The position numbers and the translations under genes were made by a program. Shown one piece after another: positions 52,938 to 64,000 of a stretch of DNA of 64,000 nucleotides (position 1 is its first letter; every line of letters starts with the position of its first letter). The notes under the pieces were generated by a model that ran no database searches, was not told where the DNA came from, and was given only the letters and a program-made list of their open reading frames with translations. The stretch comes from Octopus vulgaris (lineage: Eukaryota): positions 63,054,001-63,118,000 of the forward strand of contig OX597826.1 of assembly GCA_951406725.2 (NCBI GenBank). The letters are read 5' to 3'.

Positions 52938-53942
52938 TAATAATAATAATAACAGCAACAATAACTGTGATAATGATATTAACTATTACGCCCCAGCCAA
53001 ACCCGTACCATAAAAATTTTTTTATAGATTAAAAAGAGATAAAACCAGAAGAAAATGGCAATTGCGCAGACATTGGCAAAACTAAACAGTCGCACCTTGA
53101 TACACACATGTGGCTATAAACGAAGTTTTAATAGTAAATTTATTATCGTAGCTAGTGAGAAAGAATTGCTAGGTATGTGTCGGCTCAAAAACTGAAATAA
53201 TGTGAACTATACGTTATGATGGACCGTCTGGTTTGAGCGATACGCTCGTGATTGGGAAAGAAGAGAAGTAACGTACAGCTATAGCTTCAAAAACGAAGGC
53301 AACATTCAAATGCTCAGAGTAGAACTGTTACGAAGAATCCTCGATTGATGTGTGGCACAATGTATTTTCTATGGACTGAAGAAAGGCACACTGTGGCGTG
53401 TATCTGGGTACTAAGAAAAAGGACAGGCTGACTGGTGAAGTTGTCTCCCCTGCGAAGGAGCTGCTGTCGAAATATATGGAGAGACGGAATTTGAAGATCA
53501 CGACCAGGGCCATTGAAAGAAACAACTTCACTTGTCAGTCTGTCCTCTGTCTTAATAACCTGATACACGTCACAGTATGTTGTACTTACGGTCCTATTTA
53601 TAACTGCACTGAATGCTTGCCTGCTGGGGTTGATCATGTATTTATCCATAAACGGTTACCGGGTGCAGCATATACATTTACCTATTATATAAACATAATA
53701 ATTTTACCCATTATTCAATCATAAACTGAAATATTCTTATTTTCAAAACATAGTTGCAAATGGTTTTCCAGCCGTGACAGTCTCGACCTTTTAGGAGTAA
53801 AACAAGTCTGAAACAGCTGTAGTGAACATCAGCCCACCTATGTTACTATATGGGGAGAATTCACGAAAAAGACACAAGACGAAGACAGGTGGTGTAGAAA
53901 ACAAACAGATGTATTATTATAACGCTCGGGAATTGAAAAAGT

Positions 53943-53978
53943 CTTTTACGTTTCGAGCCTACGCTCTTCCACAGAAAG
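53943..53978 (-). ncRNA. Minimal hammerhead motif (core variant CUGUGGA) in a pLTR-like element (~53845-54060)
   Basis: CUUU-CUGUGGA-A-GAGC-GUAG-GCUC-GAAA-CGUA-AAAG. Confidence 0.7.
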
Positions 53979-54067
53979 GAACACAGAAAAAACAAGGAGA
54001 GAAACAAGGAGAGAAAAAAATGTGTGTAGTGGCTACCGATCTATCATGGCGACTATGTTACTATATT

Positions 54068-54731
54068 ATGTATGTATGTATGTATGTATGTATGTATGTA
54101 TGTATGTATGTATGTATGTATGTATGTATGTATGGTTGCATGTATGTATGTATGTATGTATGTATGTATGTATGTATGTATGCATGTATGTATGTATGTA
54201 TGCATGTATGTATGCATGTGTGTATGTGTGTATGTATGTATGTATGTGTGTATGTGTGTATGTATGTATTATGTATGTATGTGTGTATGTATGTTTGTAT
54301 GTATGTGTGTGTATGTATGTATGTATGTATGGTTGTATGTATGGTTGTATGTATGTATGTATGTATGTATTTATGTATGTATGTATGTATGTATGTATGG
54401 TTGTATGTATGCATGTATGTATGTATGTATGCATGCATGTATGTATGTATGCATGCATGCATGTATGTATGTATGTATGTATGTATGTATGTATGTATGT
54501 ATGTATGTATGTATGTATGTATGTATGTATGTATGTATGTATGTATGTATGTATGTATGTATGTATGCATGTATGTATGTATGTATGTTTGTGCCTGTGT
54601 GCCTATGTGCCTTTCTGAATGTATCTATATGCGTGTGTCTCTGTGCGGTTGTTGTGTGCCACTGTTTCACTTTGACCCTCCTATACTTGCGTTTGACGTA
54701 CACATCTTGCATTTGCTGCTATTGATGCTGG

Positions 54732-54793
<62 letters not shown>

Positions 54794-54978
54794 TGAGATG
54801 GTAATTAGTGATAGCATTTACAGCTGCCTCTCATATATTGACCATTTCAAGTTTGACATATTCCTATCATAGCTCACTCACACGCACGAACGTGCACACA
54901 CGTATGTATGTGTGTCTATGCATGTATGTATTTTCATTTATACATATATATATATATATATGTATGTATATATACATC

Positions 54979-55011
<33 letters not shown>

Positions 55012-55382
55012 TTCCATATACATATATACATACATATATATATATGTATATATATACATACATACACACATGTATCTATATATACATACACATATATATA
55101 TACACATACATGTATATATATACATATATATGTATATATATATACATACATATGCATGTATTCATACATATATATGTGTGTGTATGTGTGTACGTATGTA
55201 TACATATATGTGTACTTAGACATGTAAGTGCATGTACATACGTATGTGTATGTACGTATATATATGTGTGTGTGTATGTATATATATGTATATGTATGTA
55301 TGTATGTATGTATGTATGCATGCATGCAGGTATACATGCAAGGCTTTCTCAGGTTTATTGCCTCTGTCCTCTCTCTCTCCCC

Positions 55383-55413
<31 letters not shown>

Positions 55414-56137
55414 TCTCTCTACTACATGATTGATGTAGATACGTCACGTATTTGGTACACATACAAAATCACACACGCACACACACACACACACACACAC
55501 GCACACACACACAGACACAAACACGCACACACACACACACACAAGGATACACTGGAATGCAGTGCACGTTCAATACATCAAACATTGCTTGACTGCATCC
55601 GCACCATTCACTAACATATAGTAAATCTAGCACGACACATGCATACAGGCCGCAACTACACAATCGGACGCACATAAGCACACACATAACAAACAATAAT
55701 GCATCATATACAAAATATGCACTCCATACGCAATATGAAGCGCAGCAAGTACACATTCACACTCATACTCACACAAACACCTTGTTTATAGATACATCGA
55801 TACTGTAAACAGCGTACATACGTAGCTAGATATATGCAGCAGCAAGATGCAAAGCTTGTCGCATACATACAATCACATATACACACATATGTATATACAT
55901 GTGTGTGCATGCGTGTGCGTGTGTTTGTATATATATATATATATATATATGTTATTTCATGGTAAATTTGTAAATAGATATAAAGATAAATTTATAAATC
56001 CGTAAATATGTAGATTCGTATAGATAGAGCTAGATAGAAATATATATACATACATATATATGCATATATATACATATATATACATATGTATATATGTGTA
56101 TATATATATATACATATATATATATATACATATATAC

Positions 56138-56168
<31 letters not shown>

Positions 56169-56450
56169 CATATATATATACATATTTATATATATATATT
56201 ATATGTATATATATATATATATATATACATATAAATATATATATATATATATCTGCATATATATTATATATACACATATATATATATGCATATGTATATA
56301 GATATATATAGATATATATATATCCATATGTATATATATATATATGTATATACATATATATATATATATATATGCGCCCACTCACAAATCTCTGTGAGAT
56401 TTATATATATATATATATATATATATATCCATATGTATATATATATATCC

Positions 56451-56505
<55 letters not shown>
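54068..56505. repeat. Extended (TATG)n, (TTG)n, (TA)n and (CA)n microsatellite zone
   Basis: Direct runs; source of the spurious VCMY/IY ORFs. Confidence 0.95.
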
Positions 56506-56510
<5 letters not shown>

Positions 56511-56864
56511 CCACTCACAAATCTCTGTATTTACAGATTTATCTTTAAGATAATAAAGTATTAATTAATTGATAATCAACGAGAACAAATTAATATGGTC
56601 TGTTAATAAAAAAATAAACTTGCTCCCGAAAGACCGAATGACTCTTGAAATCAACATCAGAAATGTTTTTGGGGCCCATCTAAAATCATCTCGGATTAAT
56701 TTTTTTTAATTTCAGTGTTATTGAACTTCAGTGCAACTTACTGCACTGAAGAATATATTAATGCACTTATGGAACTTTCATTTGCCATAATTAACCTGTA
56801 TTGATTCAAAATTACAATGCTATAATGCAGCTCATGATTCTAATATTTTTTTCTTTTGCCATAA

Positions 56865-57265
56865 GGTGGCGAGCAGGCAGAGTGGTTAGCATGCCAATCA
56901 ATATGTGTAGCGCCATTTCCTCCCACTTTACGTTGTTTGTTTGTTCCTTCTCGAGCTATGCCTGGCTAATAAGGGCCGGTTTCCCGGTTTCCTTGGCGTA
57001 TAGGTTCCCCACTTGGAACGGCACGCCGGTCCGTCGCAGGTGAGCTGCAAGATGCAGGAGGAAAGAATAAGAGAAAGTTGTGGCGAAAGAGTCAGCAGAA
57101 GTTTGCCACCCCACTTTACGTACTGAGTTCCAAATTCCGCCGTGGTAGACTTTGCCTTTCATCATTCCGGACTCAATAAAATAAGAACAAGTTGTGAACT
57201 GGAGTCGATATAATCCACTTTCCTCCTCCGTCGTAATTGCTGACCTTAGGCCAAATTCGAAACCT
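56865..57265 (+). mobile_element. SINE family A interrupted by a 5'-truncated family C SINE (56934-57109, minus strand)
   Basis: 12-bp TSD CCCACTTTACGT at 56922-56933 and 57110-57121. Confidence 0.85.
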
Positions 57266-57390
57266 ATATTTTTGCTCTGCCATAAATTTCTACTCGAAGA
57301 TTGTACGTGAAGATTGCAAAGAAGGAAGAGAGCTGGATGGTTTTTGTTTCAGTTAATTTAAAAGGTAATGAGCAATTCAGTAAAATTGTC

Positions 57391-57554
57391 AGGTGTAGGA
57401 ATGGTTGTATGGTAACTAGCTTGCTTACCAACCACATGGTTCCGGGTTCAGTCCCACTGCGTGGCACTTTGGGCAAGTGTCTTCTACTATAGCCTCGGGC
57501 CGACCAAAGCCTTGTGAGTGGATTTGGTAGACGGAAACTGAAAGAAGCCCGTCG

Positions 57555-57605
<51 letters not shown>

Positions 57606-58070
57606 GTGTGTATACGTTTGTATGTCTGTGTTTGTCCCTCCCCCCCTACATCGCTTGACAACCAATGCTGGTGTGTTACGTCCCCGTAACTTAGCGGTTC
57701 GACAAAAGAGACCGATAGGATAAGTATTAGGCTTACAAAGAATAAGTCCCCGGGGTCGATTTGCTCGACTAAAGGCAGTGCTCCAGCATGGCCACAGTCA
57801 AATGAGTTAAACAAGTAAAGAGTAAACTAGTGTAAAGTGGCGAGCTGGCAGATACTTTATCGAGCTGGACAAATTGTTTAGCGGCATTTCTTCCGCTCTC
57901 TAGTTTTTGAGATCCGAGATCCATTTTACCTTTCATCTTTTTGCGGATGAAAGGCAAAGGTCGATGAAATAATTACCAGTCAAGTACTGAGATCGATATA
58001 ATCGACTAATCCCCCCCACCACCACCACCACCACTAAAATGGCTGGGCTTGTGCCAAAACTTTAAACTAT
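57391..58070 (+). mobile_element. SINE family B (57391-57824) followed by SINE family A (~57835-58070)
   Basis: Matches to the other copies. Confidence 0.88.
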
Positions 58071-59099
58071 TATTAAGTTAATGTTTGAAGCATAAACTAA
58101 CACGAAATTTTGTTGGAAAGTTTTAATTTACATTACTTTAAGACTTTAAGAGACATTGTTGATATCACAGAACCAATGGTGGTCTCAGGCTGGTCGGTAT
58201 CAAAGGGTTATATGTGTTGAGCTATCAGACATTTTTCATTAAGTCAGTTATCTCAAAAACGTTATTTGTTTGCTCTGTGCAATCAAATCTGCTTTTGTTT
58301 ATTAATCGGTCGTCTGCTTCAGCGAGTGTTAATAAACGCTTAGTTCCATTGGTGGAAATAACAACGAAAAAGATTTAATATTCAGTGAAATTAATAGATC
58401 TCACAGTATGTAGCCTATATTCGTTTTCAATACGCCGTCGTTGAATATTTGCAATAAAAGAATCATAGTATCGTGTATGACGTTGGCTTGCAATGGGTCA
58501 CTGGTGAATCGCTGCGTTTGTGACAAAAGCACATATAACACTATGGTACAATCCAGCTACCTCGCAAATCTACCAATGAAGGAACATCTACATGATCATT
58601 CGGCCTAACAGAATTAGCAGCCAAATCTCCTTTAGATTACAATTTACTTTCTTTAAAAAGGAATGACATTGAATAATGTAACGATTAAGCCTGAGGAAAC
58701 TCGTGAAGGGTTTTTCTCTGGGTTTTTTTTTTAAGTCAATAATGTGTTAAATATTGATATTTACCGCAAGGAATTTAATGTCTACAGTTCGGAGTTTTAT
58801 TCTTCATCAAAGAGTAAACTTCCCATACATCACAGCAGCTTACCGAACTTACCAACGTTCTACGCACTCTCCACATTAGATAATTTTCTGACATAAGGAA
58901 AGTGGGGCGGCTCATGGTCAGAACAAAGTCTAGCGTCTAAATCTGTTTCATTATTGCTGACGTGAGAACAACTGCAATCATCGAATCTCTATTTGCTCAT
59001 ATTTCTCTATTTATAGCAAAACATTTCCGCCACCTTGTACGGGATCGGTCTATACTCTCAGCTTTAAAATACTGCGGTTGAAATACAATGAGTAAATTT

Positions 59100-60720
59100 C
59101 TAGTTTCTTATCTATGCTCTTCAGTTCACTTCACTTCTTTCTGGCTTATTACATTGAAACGGTAGTTCATGTCTGGGATTGTCTAATCTATGTTTACCCA
59201 TAATAATATTTATTGCATTGATTTCGATGTGCTTAATATAAGTCTAAAAATATAAGTCATCGATTAACATTATTATTCTCTCACCAATTATTTGATCCTT
59301 CTTCTTCAATATTTTTAATATCCCAAGTATTAAATGTTTTCGTCCATGTGACTATTGATATTTTTCGCCGATTTTTCTGCTGCAAAACTTCTCCAATTTT
59401 CCCTTTCAATTTTATATGGTTTATCGAACTAGTTCCATACACCTTTTAGTACTTTCATGTGTAATTTTGTTCTTATTTCCAAACTTTTTATGCCTAATGT
59501 AGCTTCATAAACATAACATTTTAGGTTTTAGTTAATTGGTTTCTTCTTAAAGAAATTTCGGTACATTTTTTCTCTTTAATCCATGTTTATGCACATACCT
59601 CTGGTTAATCGCTGTTTTTCAGTTCTTGTATATAATTTTAAATCATCCACATAAAGAACGGAAGACTTTGAGTGTTTTTTTTCTATTGCATTTCTAACCA
59701 TTAAGCTTGCTTCAACAGATTTTTTTCATGGATTCAAAGCTAAATAAAAGAACAAAATGAATATATTTTCTCTGAAACATTCCTCTTATTTTTCAGATCA
59801 GGTCATTTATAATTTTTAGTTTATCTCTTTTTTTATTGATGTTTTTCTTATTGACATGATGTGGTTTATGTACAGCCTTAGTATTAAGGCCGCAATGTTT
59901 ATATTTATTATCTCAAATACCCAGGAATATTGTGTGCCGATGAATGTTTTTCAGCAATAAATCTATTCTATGCTCGGCTTGTTGTGTTCCTTTTCTATTG
60001 TTTTCAATAACTTGCACGGTTCACCAACATTATTTTCTTTACATCTACACAATCATTTCAGCACCCCTTCTACTCCTCTGGTAAGATATTATTATCTTCC
60101 AGATGAAAAGCCAGCCTGTTAGAAAGTATAGATGCTGGAGTTTTATATATTGTTACCAAGCAAGTTATCGTTGTGTAATTTGGGAAAGCATGTGAGAGTT
60201 TTGGTTTTAGAAATTAATGTTTATCCTCCTCTAATAACATATGAGGTGTTGGTTCTGCTCTCTATAGCAATTCACTGAATACATCATGCATACCTATAAT
60301 ATCGGTCGCGTATTTTAACCAAGAATTAGGGGCTCTATGAATACCAGTCGCTTTTCAACTAATAAGCAGTCTTCATACTTTCGATAAATTCTTCATTTGT
60401 TATGCTGGGCCATACTTATAATATATTACATCTTCCGTTTCCTCTCCATTTGTTATCCAAGATCTATATTTATTGTGTTATATAGCATGTTCTGTGTGCT
60501 CTTATGGTGCAATACGATTGCTATTGTTGTGGGTGTTACGTCCGGTCTAACATTTTTTCTCGGGTTCACTGAAGACGTTTTTCATTTGTTTTTCCTTGGT
60601 TATTTTTTTATTTTTGAAACGGAGGATTATAACGGTTCTCACTCGATATGTCTTTATCAAGAGCAAATTACATTAACTTATGTTTCACTTGAGGAATTCC
60701 CTCTCAACTGTAAAGATTAT
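59100..60720 (-). pseudogene. Highly decayed R4/Dong-type LINE RT region
   Basis: NYTTITCLVTIYK (~60150-60180) and LYVDDLK (~59640-59657). Confidence 0.6.
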
Positions 60721-61185
60721 ATTCTCTAAATAATTTGTTTATTTTTAGTCGTTGTTGTTTTTTTGTTTGTTTGTTTGTTTTGTTTTTTTACTTTTTAGTA
60801 TTAGAATAGTCCATTTCAATGAATAAGGACTGATCCTTTCTCATACTTGTATAGAATATTTGCTTCCCACTCAATTGTGCGAGTTAGGTTCTTAGAAAAG
60901 ATTACTGGAAGTAACGGTGTAACAGAACCGTCGTTAGTGAGTAACACAAAATATCTAGCCGTATTTAGGCACGGTTCTTAGATTCTGAGTTCAATTTCTA
61001 GCAAAAACAACTTTTCTTTCATATTTCCGTCCAAACAGATTTATGATCAAAGACATTGCAGACTTATTCCATCGACCTCTTTTGCCGAACCACAAAGTTA
61101 CGGGAGATAAGCACATCAACAGCGGTTGTTAAACGATGATCAAGGACAAACAGACACGAAGATACGCTCACATAGTTACGTATGA

Positions 61186-61227
<42 letters not shown>

Positions 61228-61235
61228 CTGTGTCT

Positions 61236-61296
<61 letters not shown>

Positions 61297-61340
61297 TGTG
61301 TGTGGAGAGAGAGAGAATGTGTTGGAAATTCCATGACACA

Positions 61341-61650
61341 GTTATAATATTTGGAGAGAAGATTCTTTTCTCAAAGAGTTGAGATTGAGAAATGAACGTT
61401 TTTAGAAAGTCGAAAGACACTAATCTTTGGGAAGAGATTTCCCAAAATGTGTGTAGGCTTTGCGCTTATAAATGTGCAAGCGCTTTCAGTTTGAAAACGC
61501 TTGAAAACGTTAAGAACTGAAAACGCTTGCACATTTACAAAAGCAAAGCCTACACACATTTTGTGAAATCTCCTCCCGAAGGTTAGTGTCTTTCGACTTA
61601 CTAGAAAGGTTCTTTTCTCTTTGTGAAAAAATATTCTCTCCATATATAAC
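61341..61650. repeat. Foldback palindrome / MITE-like element (~150-bp arms, short loop)
   Basis: AAGTCGAAAGACACTAA...CAAAATGTGTGTAGGCTTTGC...AAATGTGCAAGCG mirrored at ~61515-61650. Confidence 0.88.
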
Positions 61651-61866
61651 ACCGTTTACACGACTCTCTGCTTGGAATGACCAATTATAGATACCATTGG
61701 AACTCACACACGAGGAACAGGAATCTTATATGTATGCCATTCTGCTTAAATAATGGAACTGCCGGTACAATATCCTTACGTATCTTACGTCCGTTTTCAT
61801 TCTCCACTTTACTCTGTATTTCATATCTTCTCTAGAATAACTATTGCTTAACCATTATCTCGCACC

Positions 61867-61916
61867 GTCTATGATGAAGGGATATATAAAAAATCTCCCG
61901 GAAACAGCTGTAAGAC
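61867..61916 (+). ncRNA. Minimal hammerhead motif (core AUGAUGA), same family as 39765
   Basis: GUCU-AUGAUGA-A-GGGAUAU...AUCUCCC-G-GAAA-CAGCUG-UA-AGAC; downstream ~60 nt is homologous to the 39.7-kb copy. Confidence 0.7.
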
Positions 61917-61974
61917 CTTCTCTTTATAAATGTTCTGAAATCTTTCTCAGCCTAGGATTTTTTATCTCATTCTG

Positions 61975-62030
<56 letters not shown>

Positions 62031-62032
<2 letters not shown>

Positions 62033-62193
62033 CGGGCTTCTTTCAATATCTGTCTACCAAAATTCACTCACAATATTTTGGTCGGCCCGAAACTATAGTA
62101 GAAGACAGTTGCCCAAGGTGCCGCGCAGTGGGACTGAATCTGAAACCATATTATTAGAAAACAAACTCCTTACCCCACAGGCACGTCTGCGCC
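62031..62193 (-). mobile_element. SINE family B, 5' half
   Basis: GACGGGCTTCTTTCA...TTGCCCAAGGTGCCGCGCAGTGGGACTGAA. Confidence 0.85.
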
Positions 62194-62378
62194 TGACTGA
62201 AATAATATCTTTAGGAACGGTGAATCTCGAAGGAAATAAAGCTATAAATAATAGTGTGTAAGTATTGGCTTAACAACCTTTTGGGTAAAAAAGATGTATG
62301 TATGTATGTATGTATGTATGTATGTATGTATGTATGTATGTATGTATGTATGTATGTATGTATGTATGTATGTATGTT

Positions 62379-62409
<31 letters not shown>

Positions 62410-62559
62410 ATGTATGTATGTATGTATGTATGTATGTCTCTTCTGTTTTTAATCAATTCAGTTCTTCCCCTGAAAAGGACCTGGTTTCTAAAAATAATTC
62501 AAAGCTCCATCACTTTAAACCTGAGGAAAGTCTTGCATAGTTTTATTGCCCAGCTTACA

Positions 62560-62795
62560 GTATGTATTTTTGATGTACAAAAGAGTTGATTGATTTCTTT
62601 TTCTAAAAATCCAAGCTTATTCAGACTGACAGTTAGGCATTACTTACAAAACAACGTGCTCCAATTATTATTCGTAAAAATATAAATTTGTAATCTGGAT
62701 AAAGAAGCTGGATGTTTCGAAGCAGTTGTCCATAGTTATCTTCTGTCTCTTTGATTTTCAAAGAGACATTCACACCAGGAGGGCAGAACAGCTGA
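62560..62795 (-). pseudogene. RLE-domain fragment, same LINE subfamily as 1246-2422
   Basis: CPPGVNVSLKIKETEDNYGQLLRNIQLLYPDYKF..IIIGA versus CPVDDNIKLKISEKENTYAELLRNLQ. Confidence 0.75.
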
Positions 62796-63246
62796 CCTCT
62801 ATGTGTGTTAGTATGTATGTATATATGTATGTATATATGTATGTATGTAAGCGTACCTATCATTGTTTGAGTACACCGGCTGAGATATTTACACCTAAAG
62901 TACCTCAAAGTAAGCTCATTCATTAGAGTAAAAGAACGGCAAAATTAACACCAGGCTAATTACTATCAATATAATTAACAAAAAAGAAATTCTTAATGAC
63001 TTTACTCCAGCATGAACAAATGTCCAATGACTGAAACCTGTAAAAAAGAACAAAGATTAAGAGAATAAAAGATTAAGAGAATTATATAATGTCTGCCACG
63101 TTTTCATTTTCTAGTCTTTCCAATTTCCAGACAAACGCCATTAAGAAAACACAATTGCTTGTTTGCAGCATACAATTAATATTTGAAAACAAAATAAATT
63201 GTTTTGATATTATTATTATTACTATTACTATTATTATTATTATTAC

Positions 63247-63297
<51 letters not shown>

Positions 63298-64000
63298 CAT
63301 TATTATCATCATTATTGTTATTACTATTATCATCATCATCATCATCATCTTTTTCATCTTTTTCGTCTTCTTTTTCTTCTTCTGCATCTTCATCCTCATT
63401 ATCACCTTCTCTCCTCCTCTTCCTCCTCCTCCTAATCCTCCTTCTTCTTCTTCCGTTTCATCATCATCATCTTTTTCTACTCCTACTATTGCTATTTTAT
63501 CACATTTCTTATTCGTTGATTCTCTTTTCTGTCTATTTCCATACATTTTTTTACATTATTTCTATTATATTTTTGTGCATTTTGCTACTTTTACTTTTTT
63601 CTCTTTTTTCATTCTTTTGTTCTTCCTCTAAAATTATTTTCCTTCACTTTTTTTTCTTTTTCCTTTATTGCTTTCGTTTTTTTTCTTTTCGTTTTTTTTT
63701 TTGTAATGTATTTCATTTGGTACTAATGTTGTTTAATATTTCCAATTACGTGTTGCGAGTGAGTGGCAGGATTAGTTCTAAGCAGGAATGTCTCTTCTAT
63801 TGATTTGCTGTAACATCTTGTCATAATAGCCTACTGTGCAATTCTAAATCTATGTAGACCAGAAGCAAGAAAGACTTCTACGTTTTTAATATCGTTTATG
63901 TTTTCGTGTTCACATGTACATAAGCATGTATATAAGTAAAAGTATACACGTATACATACATATGTGTATATGTGTGTGTGCATATATATATATATATATA

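Noticed and set aside
53822-54796. 324-aa ORF and the many IY/VCMY/poly-N/poly-I ORFs across the window
   Set aside because: They are translations of microsatellites that lack stops by composition.
56371-56528. 25-bp direct repeat flanking an (AT)n tract as a TSD
   Set aside because: No element lies between the copies; simple slippage duplication explains it.
58688-58725. CTGAGGA plus short hairpin
   Set aside because: No downstream GAAA or NUH triplet.

Overview
AT-rich, microsatellite-dense animal non-coding DNA (intronic or intergenic). The SINE, LINE and Penelope families look like those I recall from octopus genomes; this is unverified. No intact host protein-coding gene can be supported, and almost all listed ORFs are translations of simple repeats. 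The window holds at least four tRNA-derived SINE families, seven decayed R4/Dong-type (RLE) LINE fragments, an RTE-like endonuclease remnant, Penelope-like element (PLE) pieces, two Tc1/mariner relics, MITEs and Helitron/Helentron-type non-autonomous elements. Two things stand out. (1) A 6.8-kb two-motif satellite (9528-16293) alternates blocks of a ~22-bp unit carrying CTTTGATCT (TCF/LEF consensus, next to a GCCG helper-like site) with blocks of a 9-bp unit TC(A/T)GGAATG (TEAD/Scalloped consensus), joined by stereotyped junctions. (2) Eight minimal type-I hammerhead ribozyme motifs from about six PLE-type families are present, including two intact copies in a nearly perfect 258-bp inverted repeat. 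All coordinates and copy counts were read or estimated by hand.
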